Assembly (NCBI RefSeq): GCF_030028105.1
Contig: NC_092394.1
Span: 35,694,752-35,758,751, forward strand
Reading direction: 5' to 3'
Length of the DNA: 64,000 bases
From: Mobula birostris
Lineage: Eukaryota
Position numbers and translations under genes: made by a program
Part shown: positions 37,960-49,313 of the stretch, in pieces
How the letters are laid out: each line of letters opens with the position of its first letter
Position numbering within the stretch: the stretch's first letter is position 1
The notes under the pieces: generated by a model
Seen by the model: the letters and a program-made list of their open reading frames with translations, nothing else
Database searches by the model: none
Told to the model about the DNA's origin: nothing

Positions 37960-40022
37960 CAGTGGATTATGATTAATTGATCCATCAGTTAATCAGGACT
38001 GCCGCTTATTTGGGACAACTCAAAGAACAAAAACTCATGGAGAAAATAACTGGGCTTCCCTTTGTTTATTTGGGACACTATGCAGCTTAATAGGGACAGA
38101 AACTGTTACCAAACAGTTTCTAACCGATGCTTGTTGCATGAACTCGTGTGGCTGTTAGGCACTATACCATGCTTAGAGCAAACAAGTTTTTTTAAAACAG
38201 TGTCATTTGTGTGCATTTATGTTCAAAATGAGGTGATTTTTGTCACTGATGATTGGCGGGAAATAAACAGCAAGACAATTAGAAACATTTGCTCACTGCA
38301 GTTCAAGCATTCAGGCTTGGAGATGACACGAAAAATTTGAAGGCATCGACAATCATCTTGAATGTTACAATGAAAATGAAAATTTAGAAGATGCAATTGT
38401 CAAAAGCATTGTATGAAGGCAGTCCATTATGTGCACAAGGTGTCCGTGATAATTATGTTCATTTACAATCAAAAGAACATGGCAGCATGTTGGCTACCCG
38501 TTGTAACCAACGATGCCAGTGAAACCTAGGCAGGAGAGTTTTTTAAAGTAGAAAAGCTATTGCATTGGGACAGTTCCTCTCTCTTGACCTCCGGAAGTCC
38601 GGATCCAGTAGAACGAGTAGCCATCACAAACTGGAATCTTCCTTGATTGAAGTGGATAACCATGACTTCTGCTGTGCCTTATCATCCCCTTCTCTCTCCA
38701 CGAAGTGTTAAAGAACCACCTTCGTGTCCATTACATCTCACTGTTGATCTCATCCACCCAGTCCACCAGAGCTGACTTCACGTACTAGGACAGACGTGTC
38801 CCTACTTCACTGGGGTAAGAAGCCTGCCAGCTACCCTCTCCTGGTTTAGCCTCCCTTTCAAAATAGTGCATCAGGGTGTGGCTACTGTCACATGCAAACA
38901 GATAGTTTTTACAGCAAACAAATACAATTTACATCGGTGGTGCACAAGTGGAACAGGTCAAAAGCTTTAAGTTCCTCGGGGTCAAAATCACAAATGACCT
39001 GACTTGGTTCAACCAAGCAGAGTTCACTGCCAAGGCCCACCAGCGCCTTTACTTCCTGAGAAAACTAAAGAAGTCTGACCTGTCCTCTAAAACCCTCACT
39101 AATTTTTATAGATGCACCAGGGTGCATCACAACCTGGTATGGAAGTTGTCCTGTCCAAGACCGAAAGAAGCTGCAGAAGATCGTAAATGCAGCGCAGCAC
39201 ATCACACAAACCAATCTTCCATCCGTGGACTCACTTTACACCGCACGCTGTCGGAGCAGTGCTGCCAGGATAATCAAGGGCACGACCCATCCAGCCAACA
39301 CACTTTTCATCCCTCTTCCCTCTGGGAGAAGGCTCAGGAGCTTGAAGACTCGTACAGCCAGATATGGGAACAGCTTCTTTCCAACTGTGATAAGACTGCT
39401 GAACAGATCCTGACCCCGATATGGGCTGTACCCTCCAAATATCCAGACCTGCCTCTCGGTTTTTTTTGCACTACCTTACTTTCCATTTTTCTATTTTCTA
39501 TTTATGATTTATAATTTAAATTTTTAATATGTACTATTTTTTAATATTTAATATTTGTAATCCAGGGAGTGGGAAGCGCAGAACCAAATATCGCTGTGAT
39601 GATTGTATGTTCTAGTATCAATTGTTTGGCGACAATAAAGTATAAAGTATACTTGGGGCCAAGTACGAAAGCTGAGAGTTTGGTGGGAACCAAAGGTGAG
39701 TGAGCTGTCCCAGATTGGACACAACAACCCCCTTCACCAGAGGTGCTACCTCTCTCTGGACACCCCATACACCAGATGAATTCCTCCAGCAATAACTATT
39801 AGAAACTAATACACAGTATTATAGTACTGTAGTAACATTGGTAGTGTTCTAATTTATTCTGTATTTCATTTAAATGCATAATTTGTTACTCAGTTAACTG
39901 ATAGCTTGTCTTTTTAAAAACCTTTTAAACTCTTTCCATGAAACTTCAGCTAATTGGGGCAGCCATTTAATTGGGCCAAAATGTCCTGGTCCTGATGTGT
40001 CCCAATTAAGCAGAATCCACTG
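37960..40022 (+). mobile_element. pogo/Tigger-like non-autonomous DNA element carrying nested insertions
   Basis: TA-CAGTGGATT...TTAATTG start and CCCAATTAAGCAGAATCCACTG end; transposase-like remnant near 38230-38400 (WREINSKTIRN). A related copy begins at 63509 in the opposite orientation. Confidence 0.7.
38928..39650 (+). mobile_element. Rex1-type LINE 3' fragment (same subfamily as 4510-6118)
   Basis: Nearly identical to 5370-6118, including the 3' UTR and AATAAAGTATAAAGT tail. Confidence 0.9.
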
Positions 40023-40225
40023 TGTTCATGACCAAGAGGCAAGAACCACTCCAATTTTCACTCAGCCCACTGACACATTCCACTAATGAGGAAATGTCAA
40101 GCATCCATTCAGCACCTCACAACAGTGAGGTCAATACCCCAGCAGAGTGACTTTCAAAAATACACCTCATTTCTTCCGTGTTCTAATACAAGCAGGATAA
40201 CTACTGAATTTACTACACTTATTAC

Positions 40226-40355
40226 CTTGTTATTGGCCTTAGCCAAGAACTCAAAAACTGCCCAAATTCCCACGGCAACAGCAATGGAAGAGTAGATGTA
40301 GTATCTAATGTGCCACAACGACAACGCATAATTCTGGAAGGAGTTCCAGGTCTCA
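40226..40355 (-). CDS. TYW1: TYW1 coding exon 2 (N-terminal hydrophobic anchor)
   Basis: Translates ETWNSFQNYALSLWHIRYYIYSSIAVAVGIWAVFEFLAKANNK, similar to the vertebrate TYW1 N-terminus (SLWINRFYIY). Donor AAG|gtaata. Two candidate acceptors (40355 catcag, 40365 ttctag). Confidence 0.85.
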
Positions 40356-40706
40356 CTGATGTAGACTAGAAAGTGAGAAAATAAACCTCAGTGTCAAAAC
40401 TTCTAATTTACATTCATTTTTCTCTGATTGATTGTCTTTCCTTCACTCGCTGCCTCATATTTAAAATTTTCAGCTTCCAGACTTCTGCATTATTGCAGGT
40501 TATGTTTTCAAACATGACCCTCTGCAGCAGACATTAAAAGCTGTATGTCCTTACTCAAATAGAAGTAGTTTTCCAATGTTCTATCCAACATATTTTGTTT
40601 TGATGTTTGTTGGCGGTAATAACTGCCACACATCACTTGTCCTTATCTTAAGATGTCCTAGAGCTGTTCTCTCAAATTCTCTCCCTGAATCTCATTTTGT
40701 TTCTTA

Positions 40707-41020
40707 AACACAAGAGATTCTGCAGATGCTGTAAATCTAGAGCAACTCACACAAAATGCTGGAAGAACTCAGCAAATCCAACAGCATCTAGGAAGGAGAA
40801 TAAACAGCCTATGTTTCAGGCTGAGCCCCTTCACCAGGACAGAAAAGGAAGAGTAGAAGCCAAAATAAGGAGGTGAGAGGAGGGGAAAGTACAAGCTGGC
40901 AGGTGAGGGGGAAGGTGGGTGGAAGAGAAGGGATGGAGTATGAAGCTGGGAGATGATAGATGGAATCCCCTTCATAGATGCTACCTGATTTGCTAAGTGC
41001 CTCCATCATTTTGTTTGTTG
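40707..41020 (-). mobile_element. Penelope-derived pseudo-LTR fragment with partial inverted arm
   Basis: ACACAAGAGATTCTGCAGATGCTG...AAAATGCTGGAAGAACTCAGC end shared with the other copies; degenerate hammerhead near 40810-40840. Confidence 0.7.
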
Positions 41021-41509
41021 CTTTTATTTTTTTTCTTAACCCTTTTCCCCCCTTGAACAAAACCTGTCCCACTGAGCATTCATTTGGACAGCATTACTTT
41101 TTTTTTTGCTTGCTATCCATTCAAGTCACCTCTGAAATGCCAAAGGATACTGCTACAGATGTTAAATGAATTCATACCTTGTTTATTCATTCAAGTTGCT
41201 ACTGAGATATGAGCTCAGAAAAGTTTATAAACAATTTGATTGTATAGAATTAGAGAAGCCTGAACAATAAACGGACATCAATGTAGAATAAGTGAATCAC
41301 ACATCCACACTAATGATGGGCAAATTAAGGACCAATTGTCAAGAACACCACACAAAAAAAATCAAGACTTAGACATGGGTTTTCAAACAAGGGCAACATA
41401 ATTCTAAAGTCTACTAAATTTAGTTTTAAAAAAGGAAGTGGGGATTCTGTGTGGATAAACGGACAGGGCGAAATACAAAATATATTTATTAAATCTACGT
41501 TCCTTTGTT

Positions 41510-42080
41510 AAACACCGGCTTTCAAGATTAGGTCCGCGCCTGTATCCAATGGTGAAGTCCGACGCTCAATCGGCGGGAGGAGGATCAGGCACGACCGACA
41601 TACCGAAAACTCCTCAATCAAACGATTCACAGACAAGTTAATCTCCGTTAGTAACTTCAGACGAAGGTTGTGGAAGTCTCACCGTCACCACGTTGTTCCC
41701 CGCACACCGGCCCGGGACGGCAGAGCCCCAATAACACAACGACCATCAGCGCCCACATAGCAGTCCGCTTCCTGCCCGGCGAGTACACGGGAGCCTCGGG
41801 TACAGCAGAGACGCGCGGTCCCCCTCCTCGCCCGGCGGGCAAACAGGAGCCTCGGAGACAACAGAAGGATGTGACCCCCCACTCCTCACAACTCCCCCAG
41901 CACCGCCATTGCTCAACGCAGAGGGTGCTGGGATTCAACCAACTTTATTCACACTTCCGTCCTCACTCCGCCGGCAGACTAGTGAATGGGACTCTCCCTG
42001 TCCTGTGTCACGTTCATCCCGCAGAATGGAAATATTATCCCCAGTGCACGCTGCCCTCGGGAGGAGGCAACGTTCACCCA
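41510..42080 (-). promoter_or_regulatory. CpG island / TYW1 promoter and first exon
   Basis: Sharp rise in GC and CpG against an AT-rich background; ETS/GABP-like CGGAAGTG on the minus strand at 41952-41959, about 45 bp upstream of the ATG. Confidence 0.75.
41890..41909 (-). CDS. TYW1: TYW1 probable coding exon 1 (MAVLGE + TT, phase 2)
   Basis: The minus strand reads GCA-ATG GCG GTG CTG GGG GAG TT|GTGAGG inside a CpG-rich island, just downstream of an ETS-like CGGAAGTG. It joins in frame to the acceptor at 40355, giving MAVLGEFETWNSF. Confidence 0.65.
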
Positions 42081-42090
42081 CCTCAAGGCT

Positions 42091-44207
42091 GTCTGTTTGT
42101 CTGTATCTTGTTTTACGGCGGTTTGCATCCAGCTTAATGGTGCATTACCGCCACCCTCTGCTCCAGAATGTGCACTAGACATACATTCTAAATCCCTACA
42201 CACACTTCACCCTCCCATCTTTGACCATCCTAGTATCCTATTCCTGTTTATTCGTCATATTCTATAAAAAAAAAACCCTGTACCCCTTAAAAACGCTAAA
42301 AATACCCGGACTTGTGCTCAGCCCATGCCCAGCAACCCTTTTAATGTGAATTCCTGCATCCCCAACTCCCTTAATTTATTTCTCATCATCTCTCTCTGTA
42401 TCCCATACTTCCTGCAACACAAAACTACATGTTCTACTGACTCCTCTTCCTGACATTCCTCACACAATCCTGTCTGGTGTTTCCCTATCATTTTCAATGT
42501 TTTGTTTAATGCACAATGCCCCAGCCTTAACCTAGTCCACACAATTTCCTCTCTTCTGTTTCCATTACCTACCCTAGTAACTGTAACACTCTTTTGTATT
42601 TGATATAAATGCCTCCCTTTCCCCTCCCTGTCCCATCTTTCTTGCCACATTCGGTTGACTTTTTCCCAGATTACACACTTAACCTCTGCTTTACTGATAC
42701 TAATGTGCATTTCCACATTTTCTTTCTTTAATGCCCTCTTTGCCAACTCATCCACCCTCTCAATCCCCTTCACCCCTACATGTGCTGGAACCCATAGAAA
42801 TTTTACCTGACCTCCCTGATTTGCAATTCTTGTAACTAACTAGGACTTCATAAAGTACATCTTGCCGACTGTTTACGTGAAAAGACCTTAAACTTGCTAG
42901 AACTGAGGATGAATCTGAACGTATCAATGCTTTGGCTTGTCTGGCTTTCTGCACCCATTGCAACGCAACCAACACTGCCAGCATCTCCACTGTAAACACT
43001 CCTAACTTATTAGATGTTCTTCTGCTGATTCCAATTTCTTTTGCTGGTATTACCACCCCAAACCCTGTCACTCCTGTTTCAGGTTCCTTCGCACCATCCG
43101 TATAAATGTGAGTATAATCACTATACTTTTCCATCACATGACAGTTAAACGCATTTACCAAATCTGTTTTATATCTTTCTTTCCTTTTTACCTCTAACAA
43201 ATGCCAGTCTATGTCAGGCCATACAAGCTTCCATGGAGCTACAACCAGATAAACTACTGAAGGACTTATCCTCAGATCAAACACTCCACATTCTTTCGCG
43301 ATATCATTCCCTACCCGACTAGAGGTATCCCTCTGAAACCTCCCATTTTCCCGGCACTCCTGCAACACTCCTTTAGTAGGATGAGAATCATTGTGCCCCT
43401 GCAAGTTAGCCCAGTAGTTTGCCATCAGTTGCATTCTTCTTAGTTCCAAAGGCATTATTCCCATTTCTACCTGTAGGGCTGACACTGGTGACGTTTTAAA
43501 AGCCCCACTGCACACTCTCAAGGCCTGAGCCTGAATCACATCCAGTTTCCTTATAAGAGACCTAGCTGCTGATCCATATACTATATTTCCATAATCCAAT
43601 ACAGATCTTACTAAAGCCACATACATTCTCTTCAAAGCTGAACAACTTGCTCCCCATTCCCTACCAGTCAAACATCTCATCACATTTATTACTTTTTTAC
43701 ATTTCTCATCAACTTTCCTGATATGGTCTGCCCATGTTAATCATGAATCAAATATAACTCCCAGAAATTTAAATGATGCAACCCTTTCTAATTCAACCCC
43801 ATACATCCTTAACTTCTTCCCTAACTCAACCCTTTTCCTGGTAAAAAATACAGTTTGAGTTTTATCTACTGAAAATCTACATCCCTAATCATAACCCCAC
43901 TCCACCACTTCATCAATTGCTTCTTGTAGTTTCCTGATTATATGGTCCATGTTCCTGCCTCTTTTCCACAAGGCCCCATCATCCGCAAACAGTGACCTAC
44001 CTATATCCACTGGTACCTTTGTGAAGACATCATTGATCATAATGATGAAAAGTAAAGGGCTAATCACACTACCTTGAGGTGTGCCATTTTCCACTATGTA
44101 CTGTTTTGATAATTCTGATCCAATCCGAACTTGAATTTTTCTACCAAACAAAAAATCTTTAATCCAATTAAAAACTCTCCCACCAACCCCCATTTTGTGC
44201 AGTTTAA
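42091..44207 (-). mobile_element. 5'-truncated I-group (Nimb-like) LINE with RT, RNase H and zinc knuckle
   Basis: RT motifs GTPQGSVISPLLF and LFADD; RNase H IYTDGAK; C-terminal CEEC...ESVEHVVLCC; short ACAG/ACAA tail; flanked by the direct repeat CACCTCAAGGCT (42079-42090, 44208-44219). A few stops and frameshifts. Confidence 0.9.
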
Positions 44208-45029
44208 CACCTCAAGGCTACAAAGACATGAATCTGATGAAGAGTCTCAGACCGAAAGTTCGACTCTTTATTTCTTTCCATAGATGCTGCCTGACCGCTA
44301 AATTCCTCCAGCACTTTGCAGGTGTAACTCTGAGTTTGACGCTGACCTGGATTGCTCTCGATGCTCTCTATTCATTTGTCCCTCTGACTATGCGATTTCT
44401 GTTAGAAATTCTAATTTCCACATCACCCCAAAGTCATACAGTTTTCTTAATTGGCTACTGGAAAGCATCCAGAAGGTTGATAGGTGGCAGAATCCCCATA
44501 GAGGGAGAAATTAATAGGCATGGGAGACAGAATAAGTTATATTTTGGTGGGAGACAAGACTGATGAGAATGCTGTGGGATATGGCCCAGCATAACCTTGG
44601 TGGACTGAATGGCCTCCTACTTTGTCATAAGGTAACAAGTGAAGTGACAGGATTTTGGACGAGTTGGAATTTGGAAAAATGTTTAAAGAAGTAACTTGCA
44701 GTTCCTTCTCCAAAGCACTTTAATACGTTATCTCCTGGAAATCCAGTCAAATCTGGTTTTGCAGTCCCTTCAGTCAAGTTGTCCTGTGGCTGTATGCTTT
44801 TAGCTTCAACACTAATATTCTTAAATCACATGAATGAAAGTCACATATAAATTTTTTGTAACAGTGATCATGCGAGCCATGCTCAACATCTCTACAATAT
44901 ATATTTAGACTCAATAGGTCGAATTGCCTAATTCTGTTCCTCTGACTGTTCACTGATTCTTGAGAATTTGGATAAAACAGCTTTTAATTTTGAATAGAAA
45001 AAATTTTAAATGTTAAGAAATATAAACTT

Positions 45030-45765
45030 ACATCAAGTCAAGTCACTTCTATTGTCATTTTGACCATAACTGCTGGTACAGTACACAGTAAAAATGAGAC
45101 GACGTCTTTCAGGACCATGGTGCTACATGAACAATACAAAAACTACACTGAACTATGTAAAAAAACAACACGAAACTACACTAGACTACAGACCTACCCA
45201 GGACTGCATAAAGTGCACAAAACAGTACAGGCATTACAATAAATAATAAACAAGACAATAGGCACAGTAGAGGGCAGTAGGCTGGTGTCAGTCCAGGCTC
45301 TGGGTATTGAGGAATCTGATGACTTGGGGGAAGAAACTGTTACATAGTCTGGTCGTGACAGCCCGAATACTTCGGTGCCTTTTGCCAGATGGCAGGAGGG
45401 AGAAGAGTTTGTGTGACGGGTGCGTGGGGTCCTTCATGATGCTGTTTGCTTTGCGGGGGCAGCATGTGGTGTAAATGTCTGTAATGGTGGGAAAAGAGAC
45501 CCCGGTGATCTTTTCAGCTGACCTCACTATCCACTGCAGGATCTTGCGATCCGAGATGGTGCAATTTCCGAACCAGACAGTGATGCAGCTGCTCAGGATG
45601 CTCTTGATACATCCCCTGTAGGATGCCTTGAGGACATGGGGGGGGGGGGGGGGGTTGACTTTTCTCAGCCTTCACAGGAAGTAGAGATGCTGCTGGGCCT
45701 TCTTTGCTATGGAGCTGGTGTTGAGGGACCAGGTGAGATTCTCCGCCAGGTGAACACCAAGAAAT
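45030..45765 (-). mobile_element. Rex1-type LINE 3' fragment
   Basis: VRSAEKITGV...[21 protein letters not shown]...NSFFPQVIR; (CTTGA)n tail at 45033. Confidence 0.85.
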
Positions 45766-45884
45766 ATGTTTACAGAAAAAGGTCTCAGCAATCAAGCAAT
45801 TTTTCGGTGCAACCTCCTGATTTTGTAGTTTTTTATAAAATATGTGCCTTTTCATAAAATATGTGTCTTTTCCTGTTATTACTT

Positions 45885-47980
45885 AGTTTTTGTCAACAGT
45901 CACACACAATAAAAAGCTAATTATTCCTGTTTATTTAGTCTTATATAGATTTAGAGCCTTTAAATCATTGTGTCTACACCATAGGTACACATATATGCTG
46001 TTAAATGTTGAATATTCACTTTTGTTCATTTTTTATACTATTTCATGTGTACTCCTTTAAAAACTCTTACATCATGCAACTTTTATCATTAGCATTAAAT
46101 ATGCAAAATAACAATTTTGGACATCATAAACACATTTTTAATTTTAAAGAGACAATTACTTTAATAAATCAACTGTTTTGGAGGAACGGATTGTAAGTAT
46201 ATTAATTTGTAACAAAGGAAGTTCCATCTGACGGTGGTGACTGAGACCTGACGTTGATGGCAGTGGCCTAATTACAACAAACAATTCCAACCTTTTCACC
46301 ACTCAAGTCAATGCTTCCTTGCTTAACAACTTTACTTAACAACTTCGTACAACGAATAACAATTCGTCATGTACATTTTATCCTTTTGTAAATATTAATA
46401 ACAGTAAACAGCAAAATAAAAACTACAGTAGAACTGCAATGTTTAAGCATAAACATCAGAAAACACACCAGGAACTTTAAAAAAAAATTCCATCCATTTC
46501 TGGGCCTGAAAATCTTTGAAAACGTTCAGTCAGCTTTATCAAGAAGTAGACGATTAATATGCTCCTTCTCTATGAAGTCCATGACTTCAGCAGACAGGTG
46601 GTAGATCTCCCTCGTCCTGCTTCCACAACCCGGTGATGATGGCTCCATCAGTTTGACCAGGATATCTTCAACTGGTACGAAGCACATATCCTTTCCACCT
46701 GGTTTTGGATGGAAGCGCATGTTGGGCCCATGAGGGTGGAAAAACTCCACTTGAACATCTTGATGATGAGCATCCACAGTGACAGCCTTTGCTAACCACC
46801 AATTTTGGTCATAAATGACTGCAAGCCAATCTCCACAATTAATGACACCAGCAGACATATCTGTTGTAGTCCTGTCAGGTCCACTCTGGGGTTCCTGCTC
46901 CATTTCCTCCATCAGCTTTCTCTTACGCTCTCTTGACTCTTGCTGTCTACGTTTCCATGCCTTTCTCTTACTCCTCTTTTCCCTTTCATTCAAATCACTG
47001 ATAGTTTTTATCTTCCCATCCTCTACTCTCTTCTTCCATCTTTGCTTTTCCTTTCTCAGGTATTCCTCCTTTAACTCTGGCTTACTATATATTTTCTCTC
47101 TCCGCTTTTTTTGGTATTCCCTGTTTCTTCTCCTTCGCTCCTCCACTGATAGCTGCTGCCTAGCCATAACTTCCTAAAATACATAAAAGGAAGGTCAGAA
47201 TTTAATGGAATTACTATGAAATTGTGCAAAATCACTATGAATTTAATTATGTTTAATTTGGTGAAATTTTCTAAAATGATTATGAAATGGTGCAACTAAA
47301 TTCATTTATGGTTTTAGTCATTGGGGATACATATAGTAAGGAAATATTGTAAGCCTGTGTGTGGAAGAAATAAAGGGGAAATTATGTATATTATAAATAA
47401 AGAGGTTAATGAAACATTAATGAAAACATTAATGAAACCAATTTCCCCCGGGATCAATAAAGTATGACTATGACTATATTACTATTTATTGTGATCATAA
47501 ATTATACTCAAGCCTCCATTGAGGATGATTTGGATGGTTTTTGTCAACACCGTCAAACTATGTGTCACCACCGTCAGACAAAACCTGACGGTGTTGATGT
47601 CTGACAGTGGTGACAAAAACACACTTTTTTACATGACATGCATGAGTTATATACAGGAGCCATCTCGTTTTCCTTCTGTTGCTAGCTGCCTCTGGCCTCT
47701 ACTTAAAATGCATAAATGTATGTCATAACTTAAAATAATTCTTTCTATACAAAAGAGACAGTGTTGACACGTCATGGTTCTGACAGTAGCAACATCAATA
47801 AATATGTAAAAATTATTGAAAAATAGCAAACTTACAGGAGCTTGTTTGACCTTGTTTGCATTTAGCAGATGTGGTGGGTGGAAAGGGGGTCCTTAGGAAT
47901 ATAGTTGACCATGTGGTTGCCTGATTTTATTGCTTTTTTTAAAAAATAAATATCTGACGGTGTTGACAAAAACTTGGGAC
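45885..47980 (-). mobile_element. Putative internally deleted DNA transposon with repeated CTGACGGTGKTGAC motifs
   Basis: Perfect 14-bp inverted repeat AGTTTTTGTCAACA (45885-45898) / TGTTGACAAAAACT (47961-47974). Motif copies at 46228, 47543, 47564, 47585, 47601 and 47954. True ends are uncertain. Confidence 0.55.
46526..47167 (-). CDS. Intact 213-aa ORF of probable DNA-transposon origin (basic coiled N-terminus + SH3/Tudor-like C-terminus, no catalytic core seen)
   Basis: Uninterrupted ATG-to-TGA ORF. A strong acceptor (ctgac...ttccttttatgtattttag) lies 6 nt upstream of the ATG, with a matching donor CCT|gtaagt at 47836/47835. The C-terminal GDWLAVIYDQNWWLAK...VEFFHPHGP...D.CFVP pattern resembles C-termini of animal transposon proteins. 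Confidence 0.6.
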   Translation of the reverse strand: MARQQLSVEERRRRNREYQKKRREKIYSKPELKEEYLRKEKQRWKKRVEDGKIKTISDLNEREKRSKRKAWKRRQQESRERKRKLMEEMEQEPQSGPDRTTTDMSAGVINCGDWLAVIYDQNWWLAKAVTVDAHHQDVQVEFFHPHGPNMRFHPKPGGKDMCFVPVEDILVKLMEPSSPGCGSRTREIYHLSAEVMDFIEKEHINRLLLDKAD

Positions 47981-48841
47981 CCATTTTGAGCCAACCACAA
48001 AATAAGAGTAAATATTGTTGAAAACTCACTGCTTTTAGTTTTAAAGGTTTTTCACAACGCTTTCATCTGGCAGATACACATTTTAAATAAATTTTTCACT
48101 TTTTTTTATCAAATTGAAATGATAATCTCTTGTCTGCGGACAGCTAATTTTGTGGGTTACTGGGCTATCATATAAAAATATAATTTATAAAATCAAAAGC
48201 ATGAAAAAATATTGCATTTGTGCAAACCACCCTCGGATGATCAACCCTGATTATTTTAAATAAGAAAATGTTATTCATTTTCAACGGAATTAGCACTTTA
48301 CTTAGTGGGGCATGTTTTCAGAATCAGTGTTTTTAATCATTTATCGAAGATGAAGATAAAACTTCAAATACACCTGCTGAAGTTGGTAGTTACTTTCTGG
48401 CCTTCTGGTGCTAGACAGGCTGAGTCTACAACAACGTTCATGCACCCGAGATAACCTGGTAGAATCTGGAGTCCAGTGCCTCTGGTCTGAGGTTTGCATG
48501 CCCGCCGGATCGACCCCTGAAACCGAGATGATCACCCAAATCTCTGACCGGGAAACGGTGGGCAGACCCCTCACTCTCCCTACCCGTGTCGCTACAGCCG
48601 TCCCCTTGCGCAACAATGGGCTCATGTTTTACGCTAAATAAATATTTACTTTATTTGTGCGGAGTCTTACAGCATTGACATTTATTTTCCAGACGAGTAG
48701 GGTAATAGCCGAAGACAAGACCTTTAGCATCGGTCTGTCCAAGAGTTGGTGAGAGCAGGTGGAACAATAGAACCGCCTTCGTGTTTCCCGCCGGAGCCAA
48801 CCGGGAGGGGACGAGTTCTTCGCCTCTGCGCTGTAGGGTGA

Positions 48842-49049
48842 CAGGGCCGGGGCTGGGCGTGCGGGACCGAGAGCACCAGGGCCGGGAGCTCAGTGTGCGG
48901 GAACAGGAGCAACAGGGCCGGGGGCTCAGTGTGCGGGAACAGGAGCAACAGGGCCGGGGGCTCAGTGTGCGGGAACAGGAGCAACAGGGCCGGGGGCTCA
49001 GTGTGCGGGAACAGGAGCAACAGGGCTGGGGGCTCAGTGTGCGGGGCCG
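48842..49049. repeat. 36-bp GC-rich minisatellite (VNTR)
   Basis: Unit CAGGGCCGGGGGCTCAGTGTGCGGGAACAGGAGCAA starts at 48877, 48913, 48949 and 48985, with degenerate copies at 48842 and 49021. Confidence 0.97.
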
Positions 49050-49172
49050 AGGCTCGGGATAAACGGGCTGAACCGAGCGGCGAGTTCCCAAGGTAGGAGC
49101 CAAAACTCGGGCAAGAGAGGCTGTGGTTACGGACCGCCCGTGAGGAGTCTGTTGACCGAGGGCTGATTCTGA

Positions 49173-49313
<141 letters not shown>

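Noticed and set aside
41657-42267. Several overlapping ORFs of 65-155 aa
   Set aside because: Expected in a GC-rich CpG island; no recognisable protein apart from the short TYW1 first exon.
48842-49049. 36-bp repeats resembling a CRISPR array
   Set aside because: The units are directly contiguous with no unique spacers, there are no cas genes, and the context is a vertebrate promoter. It is a minisatellite.
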